A DNA stretch of 64,000 nt from Diplonema japonicum. Its lineage: Eukaryota; Protista; Euglenozoa: Diplonemea. The stretch covers positions 1 through 64,000 of the forward strand of contig OZ025731.1 of the NCBI GenBank assembly GCA_964019335.1, in the 5' to 3' direction. The notes beneath the pieces were generated by a model. The model was not told where the DNA came from, ran no database searches, and saw only the letters and a list, made by a program, of their open reading frames with translations. Position numbers and translations under genes: made by a program. Shown here in pieces: positions 1 through 9,260 of the stretch. Each line of letters starts with the position of its first letter. Within the stretch, counting starts at the first letter, position 1.

Positions 1-1090
1 TGCGGGTTTGCGGGTTTGCGGGTTTTGCGGGTTTGCGGGTTTGCGGGTTTGCGGGTTTGCGGGTTTGCGGGTTTGCGGGTTTGCGGGTTTGCGGGTTTGC
101 GGGTTTGCGGGTTTGCGGGTTTGCGGGTTTGCGGGTTTGCGGGTTTGCGGGTTTGCGGGTTTGCGGGTTTGCGGGTTTGCGGGTTTGCGGGTTTGCGGGT
201 TTGCGGGTTTGCGGGTTTGCGGGTTTGCGGGTTTGCGGGTTTGCGGGTTTGCGGGTTTGCGGGTTTGCGGGTTTGCGGGTTTGCGGGTTTGCGGGTTTGC
301 GGGTTTGCGGGTTTTGCGGGTTTGCGGGTTTGCGGGTTTGCGGGTTTGCGGGTTTGCGGGTTTGCGGGTTTGCGGGTTTGCGGGTTTGGCGGGTTTGCGG
401 GTTTGCGGGTTTGCGGGTTTGCGGGTTTGCGGGTTTGCGGGTTTGCGGGTTTGCGGGTTTGCGGGTTTGCGGGTTTGCGGGTTTGCGGGTTTGCGGGTTT
501 GCGGGTTTGCGGGTTTGCGGGTTTGCGGGTTTGCGGGTTTGCGGGTTTGCGGGTTTGCGGGTTTGCGGGTTTGCGGGTTTGCGGGTTTGCGGGTTTGCGG
601 GTTTGCGGGTTTGCGGGTTTGCGGGTTTGCGGGTTTGCGGGTTTGCGGGTTTGCGGGTTTGCGGGTTTGCGGGTTTGCGGGTTTGCGGGTTTGCGGGTTT
701 GCGGGTTTGCGGGTTTGCGGGTTTGCGGGTTTGCGGGTTTGCGGGGTTTGCGGGTTTGCGGGTTTGCGGGGTTTGCGGGGTTTGCGGGGTTTGCGGGGTT
801 TGCGGGGTTTGCGGGTTTGCGGGGTTTGCGGGGTTTGCGGGGTTTGCGGGGTTTGCGGGGTTTGCGGGGTTTGCGGGGTTTGCGGGGTTTGCGGGTTTGC
901 GGGTTTGCGGGTTTGCGGGTTTGCGGGTTTGCGGGTTTGCGGGTTTGCGGGTTTGCGGGTTTGCGGGTTTGCGGGTTTGCGGGTTTGCGGGTTTGCGGGT
1001 TTGCGGGTTTGCGGGTTTGCGGGTTTGCGGGTTTGCGGGTTTGCGGGTTTGCGGGTTTGCGGGTTTGCGGGTTTGCGGGTTTGCGGGTTT
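1..1090. repeat. (GCGGGTTT)n 8-mer tandem array, telomere-like / G-quadruplex-prone satellite
   Basis: About 135 near-perfect copies, with a cluster of GCGGGGTTT variants near 740-890. The array runs off the window start. The ORFs over it are repeat artefacts. Confidence 0.95.
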
Positions 1091-1094
1091 TTTT

Positions 1095-1166
1095 AAAAAG
1101 GGGGACTTGAGAAAATAAATAAAAAGGGGGACTTGAGAAAATAAATAAAAAGGGGGACTTGAGAAT
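1095..1166. repeat. 26-bp tandem repeat (about 2.7 copies, AAAAAGGGGGACTTGAGAAAATAAAT) between the satellite and the retrotransposon poly(A) tail
   Basis: Copies start at 1095, 1121 and 1147. Confidence 0.9.
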
Positions 1167-1566
1167 GTTTTTTTTTTTTTTTTTTCTTCAAAAGACACAC
1201 AAGGCACGATAAATCTTAAGAGAAAATAAAAATATTCCAAAACAGACAATCAAGTTCCAACCTGGGAGGAAGGCATGGGTTTCTCTTTTTCTTATGGGAG
1301 GGAGAGGGGAAGAAGAAGAAGCAACTCCAAATGATAAAAATTCAAAAATAAAAATCTCAAAAAAGGCTTAAAAGAAGAAGAGGCAAATTCAAAAACATAC
1401 TAGGGAGGAATGAGTGGGGCAGGGGGTAAAATTTAGGAGGGGGAAAGAGGGAGAATCAAAAAAGGGGGGAAAGGGGCAGAGTGGCCAATGTCCATGCGAA
1501 AAAGCATAGAGCGGGGGAAGAAGAAAATCAAAAACAGGAAAAACACATCACCACAAAAGAAAAAAG

Positions 1567-1611
<45 letters not shown>

Positions 1612-1881
1612 GTCGACCGAGATGGTTCCACTTCAAAAAGAAAAAGAAAAAGAAAAACAGAAAAATAAAAAAAAAAAAAAAAAAAAAAGGAAAAACAAAA
1701 AGAAAAAAAAAAAAAAGGAAAAAAAAAAAAAATCTAAGTGGTTCTATCTAGCCTGGCCGTTGTAGCACCTGTTCCTATTCTTTTATTTTTCCCTTTTTTT
1801 TTTCTCAGAAAAAAAAAAAAAAAAGTTTCACATCTTCCTATGGCGGGGGGGGGGAGAACAGCCCCCCACACCCCCGCTGGC

Positions 1882-4800
1882 CTATCTGGCCAGCGAGCCT
1901 TTGGACCTCTTCTTGTGGGGTATGGGCCCCACCCGTGCCCTCCCCGACTCGAGCTGCAGCCAAGCCACCGCACTGTTCACCGGGGCCCAGTTCTCCTTGT
2001 TGCGCACCTTGACCGTGTCCCGCACCAGGTCGTCGCTCCCCAGCTCTTCCATCAACCTGTGCTCCGCCAAGAACTTGAACTGGGGCCCGGTCATCCCCTT
2101 GAGCTCACCCCTGCATATGTTGGCTTCGACCACGGTGCCATCCGCCCCCGTACCCTTCAGATAGATGTAGCCACCCTCCACACAATCCGAGTCAGTACTG
2201 GCCGATCGGGCCCGGGCCCGCTTCTTGTCCTTCTTGCTCCACTTCAGCTCTTCCAGGGTGGGGAGGTCCGTGGCAACCACCTCAGGCCGCCTCTCCCTGT
2301 CTTCCTCCTTCTTCCGGGCCAACAGCCCAAGGTACCTCTCAAAGGAGACGTCCTCGAACAACCCCGGGACCGTCACCACCGCTGACTGCAGGTCGACCTC
2401 TTCAACACCCATCTTCCGCAGATGGTCCTGGACAGTGCGCCTCGTCTCCTTCTCGCAGGGCCCCCTCCCCTCGTAGACGTCGAGGGTGACCTTCCTTCCA
2501 TCCCTCACCCACGCCTTCACTTTGATCAGGTCCTTGACCTTTCCCACTGGGGCCCTTATCCTTGCGTCGCACCTCTCCAAGAACTCACGTAGTGTCACCT
2601 TGGTAGCGCCGGCTCCCGCCGCAATGCCCACTACCCCTTCCTTCCCCGGTGTCGGGTGGTGTCTGCACCCCCGGGTCTGCAACTTGACCACCCTCCATGC
2701 CGTTTCCAGAGTCCCCTTGAGCACGCCACCCTTGAAACGAACAGGTTGCACCGCCGAACACCCACACGCGTACGTGATCTGGAAATCCTGGACCGTCCTC
2801 GGGAACTCGAACTCGCGGTATGTTTCCGACTTCTGCACCTCACAACCCACAATGCGGCTGCGGCGCTCTCCGTCCGACCCACCTTCCAAGCTTGCGAAGT
2901 ACTGCTTTACCATCATGTATCCAAGTCCAGCGATACCAATCTGGCCAGCCATAGCCACCTCCAGTGGAACACCCAGCGACTCGGCCTTCGCAAGAAGCAT
3001 CTCCTCAGTCCTCTCCCTTCCAGGGTCCGTTCCTTCTTCAAGGATGATCTCCACCCGGCCCTCGAACTGGATGATGAACTTGAGCAGTCGGTCCCCCGGC
3101 CTCGCCCTCAGTGGCACCATCGCTCTCGGAATTGGGATGCCCATCACCACATCAATCGGGTCAAGCTGAACGAAGTCTCCCCCTACTTCCACCTGCTGTT
3201 CCCTTTCCGGTGCCCCGACTCCCATCAGCTGATCTCCCTCCGGCGTCTGGATCCCACCCCTAGGTGTGTCAGGCCCCGACTGGCTGCCTCCGCTCGGTGC
3301 GTTCCCGCCCTCTTTGGTCCCTTCGGGGGCGTCATCCGCCTGCGGCTTCAGAGTCCTCCCACCGCCCTGTCTCTTCGCAGCTTGTTCCCTACAGAATTCG
3401 CTCACGGTCATCTTCCTCGTAGCAGTTGTCGCACTCTGGTCCCCCTTGTTCGAGTCCCTCTGGGCCTCCGTATCCCCCTTAGGACACTGGTCCAAGGTCT
3501 GGTTCACCGCAGCGTCAGTCGCCCCTTGTCTCTTCCCATCTTCCTGGGCCTTCGGGTCAAGCTCCCCTCCCTGCCCAGCCCTCTCGCTGGATCCTGTTCC
3601 GACCATCTCCGTGTCTTCTCCTCCCGGCGAGGCTGCTTCGAGTCCTGCTCCCGCTTTCCCTTGTGTTCCACCCTCCACCGGTTCCGCCTTTCGCTGCTGC
3701 TGCATTCGGGCGTCCAGGTCCTTCTTCGTCTGCTCCAGAAGGGCATCCAGCTGGTGGGCCACCGTGATTGGGGGTCCGCCTCCCTGTCCCTTCACTTCCC
3801 TCTCGGACGACTCCTCAGCTTCGGTGGTTTTTTCATTGCCGAAGGAGTCCTCTGTGAGGTCAGTGTTGGATTCAGTGTTGGGTTCGTTGTTCGCTTCCTC
3901 GTTGTCCTTTTTTTCCTCTTCGCCGTCCGGTACCGGGGGCCCTGGATCCAACTGTACAGGCCCTTTGACTAACAGCGCCCCTGCTATCGATCTCATCATG
4001 GCCGTTGACACCTCTTGGACCACACGCCTGTGTATCGAGACTCTGTCCCCGTGAGCCCGCGCAGCTATGCTCCTGGACAGTTTCTTCGTGAGGTAGACTG
4101 CTGCCTCCCCGAACCCCCCAAAGGTCTCCATCGCGAAAGGTACAAAGGCCACGCGTGTCTTGGCGAGCTCCGCCTCATACTTCTGGCGCTTGTAGTGTTC
4201 CGCCTTCGCCGCTGCGTATCCCGCAGTCTTCGCCGCCTGGTTGACACAAGACTCGTTCCTCGGGTGCACGATGACCACGTCCATAGCCATTGGGCGGGAA
4301 CCCCCCACCCCACCTGGGAAGAACACGTCCGCCGGGCGCTGGGACGACCCCGGGATCAGCCCCGTCTTCTCCATCGTTGCGCTCACCCCGGCCCACTGAC
4401 AGTGTCTGTGGATGGTCTCCTTCACCCGGTCGTGCCTCGCAATCCTGGCGTTGCCGCATCCCTGGGCATGGTCACCCCATACGTCCATCCCCTCAGTCTT
4501 GCACCTCGGGTCGTGGCAGCTCTCACCCTGCTTGTAGACCGGAGCCCCCAACCACCACTTGATCAGAGCCCCAAACTCGTTGTCCGACAGCTGGTTGTAG
4601 AAGTCAGGCGTCGCCGTCAACCACGCTCCCGCATAGTGCATTGACTCCGACATCAACCTCGCTCTCGAGCGTGCATCTGCTTTCGCCAAGAGGTCCTCCA
4701 GCGCCTTCTCATCAAGCACCCTAGAGAGCCACCTCTGGCTGCAGATGTGGGGGGCCTTGGCCACCATGTCGGGTGTAATCTGCATGCCGCCCTTCGTCCT

Positions 4801-7383
4801 GTTGAACCACTCGAGCCAGCTCCCCCATACACCCCCTTCCAGCCCATGTTCGTATTTGGGATCCAGCTCCTTGCACAGCTTCATCGTCGACGCCCTCGAA
4901 GCCATGTTGGCCGCGCGCAGGTGCTCCTGGCAGCTCCTCATCCCAAGCCCACCGACTTTTACGGACAGTTTCGCCTGCTGCCATTCTTTCGACCCGTTCT
5001 CGAACTGCATGCCGCACACCTTCGACATCGTCTTCCGCACCATCTCGTCGAACCTGTGCATGACCCCTCCCACATGCGAGTCTGGGACCACTCTCATGTA
5101 AAACACCAGTTTGCTGTATGAGCTGCAATACCGGAGAAGTGTGTACCCTGTCTGCCTCCCCACCTTGGTCAGCATGTCGAAGTTCTCTTCCAGCGCGTCC
5201 AAGCGTTTGTTCAGAAAGGCTTGCGTGTACTCCGGCGATCCTATCGGCGCCCCCAGGAGCATGAAGTTCCTCTCTTTGTGGAAATTCTCTTCTGTCAGGC
5301 CATCGAAGCCTGTGTCCTCCACTGTCTGGGGGAGGTCGCCACTAACCCATATGAGCTCGCACTTCTGGGGTTTCACTTTCAGCCCTATCATTCCGCTCAG
5401 CTCACACAAGATGTTGTACGCCTTTCTCACTTCATCCACATTCCCCACAAGGACGCCATCGTCCAGGTAGAACTGGAGGATGTCCAGGTTGCAGTCTTCA
5501 CTTATCTTGTTCACCAGGGGTTGGATGGCCAGAGAGAACAGCAGCGGTCCCATCGGGTCCCCCTGTTGCACCCCTTCCTGGGACTTAATCACCTTTCCGT
5601 TGTAGTATAATTGGGAGGGCACCCTGTAGCACCAATCGGCCCACGCATACAGCCCCGACGCTTGCTCATAGGCCTGTGAGCACAGCTGCCTCCGACAAAC
5701 ACTGTTGAAGGCGTTGGCGTAGTCGATCTTGAGGATCACCTTGTTTTCCTGCTTGTTGCCCCGTTCCCTGTCCACATACTGCCTGATGGTGTGTATAGCC
5801 GCCTCCATTCCAGCAGGGACCGATACCCCCACCTGGCCGCCTTTCTTCAGGTACGAAGAGGCCACTTCCGGAGCGATCTTCTTCACAAGGGATTTCCCCA
5901 CCAGCCGACGCAGCACATCCCCAACGGCTATGGGCCGCACGTCCCTGTCGTTCTTCTTGAGGGCCACAAGGTTCGCCCCTGCCATCAGCGGAGCCACCTC
6001 CCTAGGGGCCGTGCCTCTAGCTAATGCGTTGACTGCCCTCGTCACCGACATCAAACAGCCTTGAGACTCAAAAGCTCCGTCCACCGCGTCCTTGATGTGC
6101 TGGGCTCTCAGACCAGTCGGTCCCGCAGCAGTCCCCCTCGGGAAGTCCCTGATTGCGTCCAGCACTTCTTCTGGCAAGACTTCTACCGCTTCCTTCGTCT
6201 TCGCCGGGTTGTCCCATTGGGGGTGTAGTGGCTCTGGATGTTTGCTCTGCAGCGCTCTCCAGCAATCCTCATTGTCTTCCGCCAGCCCCTGGGCTACAAG
6301 CGCCGCGTTTCCTGCCGAGAACCTCCCTTTGCTGCACAGTTCCGTGGCCCTGGCGACCTTAGAGACCTCGTCGTTCTTAGGTTCCCCCTTCTCACCTGAT
6401 TCCAGCTTATTCCAGAGGGCCATGTAATTTCCCTTCTCCCACTCCTCCAATCTGGCCTGGACACTCAGCTCCGTCTCCTTGTCCCGCTTCTTCCCTCCCC
6501 TCTTCTTCCACAGGCAGGCTTTGGGGAGCATCGCCACCAGCAGCCAAGCCTCCTCTGTGTTGTCCTTCACCGCCCGGCCCAGAGTGTGCTTAAGGGTAAG
6601 CCCCCACAGTCTTTGAAGGCTCGTCGGGATCGACCCCATGGTCGTGACGTTCATGGCGGCTATGGCTTCCAGGCTGGGTAACTCGGTCCTCGTCGGGGCC
6701 GGCGGGGGGGTCGTGTATTCCCCTTCCCTTCGCACCGCCTTTTTGCACTCGTCGTGGCACCCCTGACCCTTCCACACACAGCCCCTGCACACCAGGCACC
6801 TCTCGAGGTCCAGTCTCCTCAGAACGCTCTCCGGGATCTCATCACTCTCCAGGTGCCCATCCAGGTGACACTTCCATACCCTTGTCGAGTTGAACGGGGT
6901 CGTGCTTTTGCACTTCGACCTAGCGCAGTTCGCCACCGGACAGTACAGGAATTGCTGGTTCCTTGCCCCCATCTGGTCCAACACCCCTGCCTTCCCGTAT
7001 CCAGGGATCGCACGGTCTATTATGTCCCACTCCCCGATGTCCTCACCCGGGGCCTCGGAGGGTTGCTTACCTGCCTTTTGTAGAGCTACCGATTGGGACT
7101 CATCAAGGAGCATCATCATCGACTCCTCCTCTCCGACTGCATACTCGTAGTGGTTGCCGTTGTACGCCAGCACCACCACCTTCTCGTGGTCGGAGTTGTA
7201 CTCCCCTATCATCAGGACTGGGTTGTTCCCCCCAGCAACCACGAGTATCGTGCGGCCAAACGCTTGTGCTGCGGCTGCCAGGCACAAGTGGTCTCCCCAC
7301 GTCGCTGCTGTGCCCATCCCTTCCAAGTACCGGTCCCAACCCTCACTGCAAAACGGGGCATAGTGCTCCTCCCGGTGTTTCAT
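1882..7383 (-). CDS. Retrotransposon polyprotein, main ORF: C-terminal half of OTU protease, zinc fingers, RT, RLE endonuclease and long C-terminal extension
   Basis: 1833-aa ORF. OTU motifs TWGDHLCLAAAAQAFGRTILV and YNGNHYE; CPVANC...HLDGH zinc finger; RT at about 5200-6150; RLE at about 3970-4530. Confidence 0.92.
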   Translation of the reverse strand: MKHREEHYAPFCSEGWDRYLEGMGTAATWGDHLCLAAAAQAFGRTILVVAGGNNPVLMIGEYNSDHEKVVVLAYNGNHYEYAVGEEESMMMLLDESQSVALQKAGKQPSEAPGEDIGEWDIIDRAIPGYGKAGVLDQMGARNQQFLYCPVANCARSKCKSTTPFNSTRVWKCHLDGHLESDEIPESVLRRLDLERCLVCRGCVWKGQGCHDECKKAVRREGEYTTPPPAPTRTELPSLEAIAAMNVTTMGSIPTSLQRLWGLTLKHTLGRAVKDNTEEAWLLVAMLPKACLWKKRGGKKRDKETELSVQARLEEWEKGNYMALWNKLESGEKGEPKNDEVSKVARATELCSKGRFSAGNAALVAQGLAEDNEDCWRALQSKHPEPLHPQWDNPAKTKEAVEVLPEEVLDAIRDFPRGTAAGPTGLRAQHIKDAVDGAFESQGCLMSVTRAVNALARGTAPREVAPLMAGANLVALKKNDRDVRPIAVGDVLRRLVGKSLVKKIAPEVASSYLKKGGQVGVSVPAGMEAAIHTIRQYVDRERGNKQENKVILKIDYANAFNSVCRRQLCSQAYEQASGLYAWADWCYRVPSQLYYNGKVIKSQEGVQQGDPMGPLLFSLAIQPLVNKISEDCNLDILQFYLDDGVLVGNVDEVRKAYNILCELSGMIGLKVKPQKCELIWVSGDLPQTVEDTGFDGLTEENFHKERNFMLLGAPIGSPEYTQAFLNKRLDALEENFDMLTKVGRQTGYTLLRYCSSYSKLVFYMRVVPDSHVGGVMHRFDEMVRKTMSKVCGMQFENGSKEWQQAKLSVKVGGLGMRSCQEHLRAANMASRASTMKLCKELDPKYEHGLEGGVWGSWLEWFNRTKGGMQITPDMVAKAPHICSQRWLSRVLDEKALEDLLAKADARSRARLMSESMHYAGAWLTATPDFYNQLSDNEFGALIKWWLGAPVYKQGESCHDPRCKTEGMDVWGDHAQGCGNARIARHDRVKETIHRHCQWAGVSATMEKTGLIPGSSQRPADVFFPGGVGGSRPMAMDVVIVHPRNESCVNQAAKTAGYAAAKAEHYKRQKYEAELAKTRVAFVPFAMETFGGFGEAAVYLTKKLSRSIAARAHGDRVSIHRRVVQEVSTAMMRSIAGALLVKGPVQLDPGPPVPDGEEEKKDNEEANNEPNTESNTDLTEDSFGNEKTTEAEESSEREVKGQGGGPPITVAHQLDALLEQTKKDLDARMQQQRKAEPVEGGTQGKAGAGLEAASPGGEDTEMVGTGSSERAGQGGELDPKAQEDGKRQGATDAAVNQTLDQCPKGDTEAQRDSNKGDQSATTATRKMTVSEFCREQAAKRQGGGRTLKPQADDAPEGTKEGGNAPSGGSQSGPDTPRGGIQTPEGDQLMGVGAPEREQQVEVGGDFVQLDPIDVVMGIPIPRAMVPLRARPGDRLLKFIIQFEGRVEIILEEGTDPGRERTEEMLLAKAESLGVPLEVAMAGQIGIAGLGYMMVKQYFASLEGGSDGERRSRIVGCEVQKSETYREFEFPRTVQDFQITYACGCSAVQPVRFKGGVLKGTLETAWRVVKLQTRGCRHHPTPGKEGVVGIAAGAGATKVTLREFLERCDARIRAPVGKVKDLIKVKAWVRDGRKVTLDVYEGRGPCEKETRRTVQDHLRKMGVEEVDLQSAVVTVPGLFEDVSFERYLGLLARKKEEDRERRPEVVATDLPTLEELKWSKKDKKRARARSASTDSDCVEGGYIYLKGTGADGTVVEANICRGELKGMTGPQFKFLAEHRLMEELGSDDLVRDTVKVRNKENWAPVNSAVAWLQLESGRARVGPIPHKKRSKGSLAR

Positions 7384-7454
7384 CCATTCTACAACCTCGC
7401 TCCTGATGTGGGTGTGGTCGCCGTAGGCCTCCCCGAGCGAACCGGCCAGGGCGT

Positions 7455-8071
7455 GGGAACATGCAGTTCCCGTCCTTCTCCGTCGATCTCCTCGTCAGCT
7501 TGAAGCTCTTCATGATCTCGTCCACTGACTTGCCGGCCCTGGGTTGTTTGTCGGGGTTCCACAGATTCCGCTGCCTGTGTAGTGCACAGTGCGTCTGGTT
7601 CGACGAGCACGCCGCAGCACACGTTCCACAGAGGTTCACCTTCATGCTCCTCGCCTGCTCTTGTTTCACAAAATGATGGTGGACCGCATTGAGGTGTTTA
7701 ACTAGACAGCTTGCCACACTGGTGCGGAAAGAGCAGTCTTCCATCCGGCATTGATGTTTGTCTGGAACACTACCCTCTCTCGGGAGTGCCACCTCTTCCC
7801 CTCTCTCTCTGTTTTCCTCCGAAGAGGGTCTGTTTTTTACCTCCGTGGAGGGTTCCTCTGGAGAGGGCTCTAAAAATGAAAAAGGGGGGGACAAATGGGG
7901 GGGAGGAGCACCACCCTCTCTCGGGAGTGCCACCTCTTCCCCTTTCTCTCTATTTTCCTCCGAAGAGGGTCTGTTTTCCTCCGAAGAGGGTTCTAAAAAA
8001 AAAAGGGGGGCGGGTGGGGCACTATCCTCTCTCGGGAGTGCCACCCCCCCTTGCCCACAAAAAAGGGATCT
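7455..8071 (-). CDS. Middle segment of the same polyprotein (shifted frame): VALPRE repeats, C2H2 zinc finger and OTU catalytic Cys motif DGNCMF
   Basis: Part of ORF 7343..8206. Removing one C from the CCC run at 7455-7457 gives DGNCMFHALAGSLGEAYGDHTHIRSEVVEWMKHREEHY, continuous with the 1882..7383 ORF. Confidence 0.85.
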
Positions 8072-9051
8072 AAAAAAGGGGGTTTGTCTGTTAACCCAGG
8101 GGATGGGTCTTCCTGGGGTGTGCGGGTGAGCTTGGGGCCTACCGCACGCAGGGTGATCGACACCCTGACACCAGTGGACATCCCGGACGGGATGTGGTGT
8201 GTCCACTGGTGTCTCGCTTCACCTTCCAACAGTGCCCATGAGAAGGGGGGCACCAGGTATCTCGCCACCCTGTCCCCCCTCCTCATGACCATTGTGGTCT
8301 CGGCTCCGTACGAGAGGACTAGGACAATCGGTCCCAGCCTCGCGTCATACTTGTGGGCGGCAATCCCACAACCAGACTTGTACTTGTTGACAAGTACCTG
8401 GTTGGGGACCACCTTGAGCCCTGCGGCGGCGGCCACCTCCCTCACCCACCCCTCCGCCCCCCCTGGGATCCCCGTGGTGGGGCGCACCTTGGCGTTCGTC
8501 CCCTCCCACCGGTACCCGTATTGGAGGGTCTCCCTCCCTGAGTTCCCAGACAGGGCCTCCCACTTTCCTGAAAGCAGGGCTTTCGGGAAGGCAGGGGCCG
8601 GGCCCGTCCTCAACCCGGGAGGGTGTTCACCATACACCAGTACCCACCCCTTTTTTTCTCCCTCTTTTCTTCCCTCTTCAACAATAGCAGGGTCGGCTGC
8701 AGGGGTCGTGGTCGCGGCGGTCGTGGCTGCGGCAGGGGCGGCTGCGGCGGTCTCAGTTGTGGCGATCAGGGCGGCAGGGTCGGCTGCGGCGTTCAGGGCG
8801 GCTGGGGCGGCCGTGGCTGTAGCAGCGGCGGTCAAAACCGCGGTCTCTGCTAGTGATTTTTTTATTTTATTATTTTTTTTTTCTAAAGGGGGGTGGGGGG
8901 ATCTAGGGGGTGGGGGTGGGGATTCATACTGCCCAACCAGATAGTCTGGTTGGGTCGGCCCTGGCGTCGTGTGCAGCCTGGCGGCCTGTCGGGGTTCCTT
9001 CTCCCTGTGGTTTGCGCGGTCACCTCCTCTTGCATTCCGTCTTGGATCCAT
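7993..9051 (-). CDS. AlkB-family 2OG-Fe(II) dioxygenase domain at the N-terminus of the retrotransposon
   Basis: QYGYRW, PNQVLVNKY, GIAAHKYD, IVLVLSYG, LLEGEARHQWTHHI and RVSITLR give the AlkB double-stranded beta-helix motif order. The ATG lies about 170 nt downstream of the SL exon. Confidence 0.88.
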   Translation of the reverse strand: MDPRRNARGGDRANHREKEPRQAARLHTTPGPTQPDYLVGQYESPPPPPRSPHPPLEKKNNKIKKSLAETAVLTAAATATAAPAALNAAADPAALIATTETAAAAPAAATTAATTTPAADPAIVEEGRKEGEKKGWVLVYGEHPPGLRTGPAPAFPKALLSGKWEALSGNSGRETLQYGYRWEGTNAKVRPTTGIPGGAEGWVREVAAAAGLKVVPNQVLVNKYKSGCGIAAHKYDARLGPIVLVLSYGAETTMVMRRGDRVARYLVPPFSWALLEGEARHQWTHHIPSGMSTGVRVSITLRAVGPKLTRTPQEDPSPGLTDKPPFLDPFFVGKGGWHSRERIVPHPPPFFF

Positions 9052-9220
9052 TTTTTATTTTTTTATTTTTTTTTAAAGTGTGTGTTGGGGGAGGGGATCC
9101 TTTCGGTAAGCGGCGGGCAGGCCGACAGGCAAAACAACCCCCCCGGACGACGGCGACGACGGACGACGGACGCAGCGGCAAACCCAGGCAGAGGCGGCAG
9201 GCACCAGCAGAACACGAACG

Positions 9221-9260
9221 ACCAATAAAGTACAGAAACTGTAGCTTTAGAATCGTTGGT
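9221..9260 (-). ncRNA. Spliced-leader (mini-exon) sequence plus GT donor; interrupted or orphan SL RNA gene
   Basis: The minus strand reads ACCAACGATTCTAAAGCTACAGTTTCTGTACTTTATTG|GT. The 3' part CAGTTTCTGTACTTTATTG is the conserved euglenozoan SL end, and the 5' part resembles diplonemid SLs. Confidence 0.92.

Larger units (their letters stand above)
1168..9220 (-). mobile_element. CRE/SLACS-clade (RLE-type) non-LTR retrotransposon, apparently full length, SL-associated
   Basis: RT motifs GVQQGDPMGPLLF and FYLDDG. C-terminal CCHC-RHD-RPAD-D-(AE..K..KY)-PFAMETFG restriction-like endonuclease. Candidate poly(A) tail (T18 on +) at 1168-1185. The 5' end abuts an SL exon plus GT at 9221-9260. Confidence 0.9.

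Noticed and set aside
1-1090. Definitive telomere call
   Set aside because: Strand polarity is opposite to a left chromosome end, and the position of the window on the contig is unknown.
8-1118. Three ~360-aa ORFs (RVCGFAGL repeats)
   Set aside because: Translations of a stop-free 8-mer satellite.
1738-8944. Numerous + strand ORFs (e.g. 2656..3972, 8051..8944)
   Set aside because: Antisense shadows of the GC-rich retrotransposon ORF.
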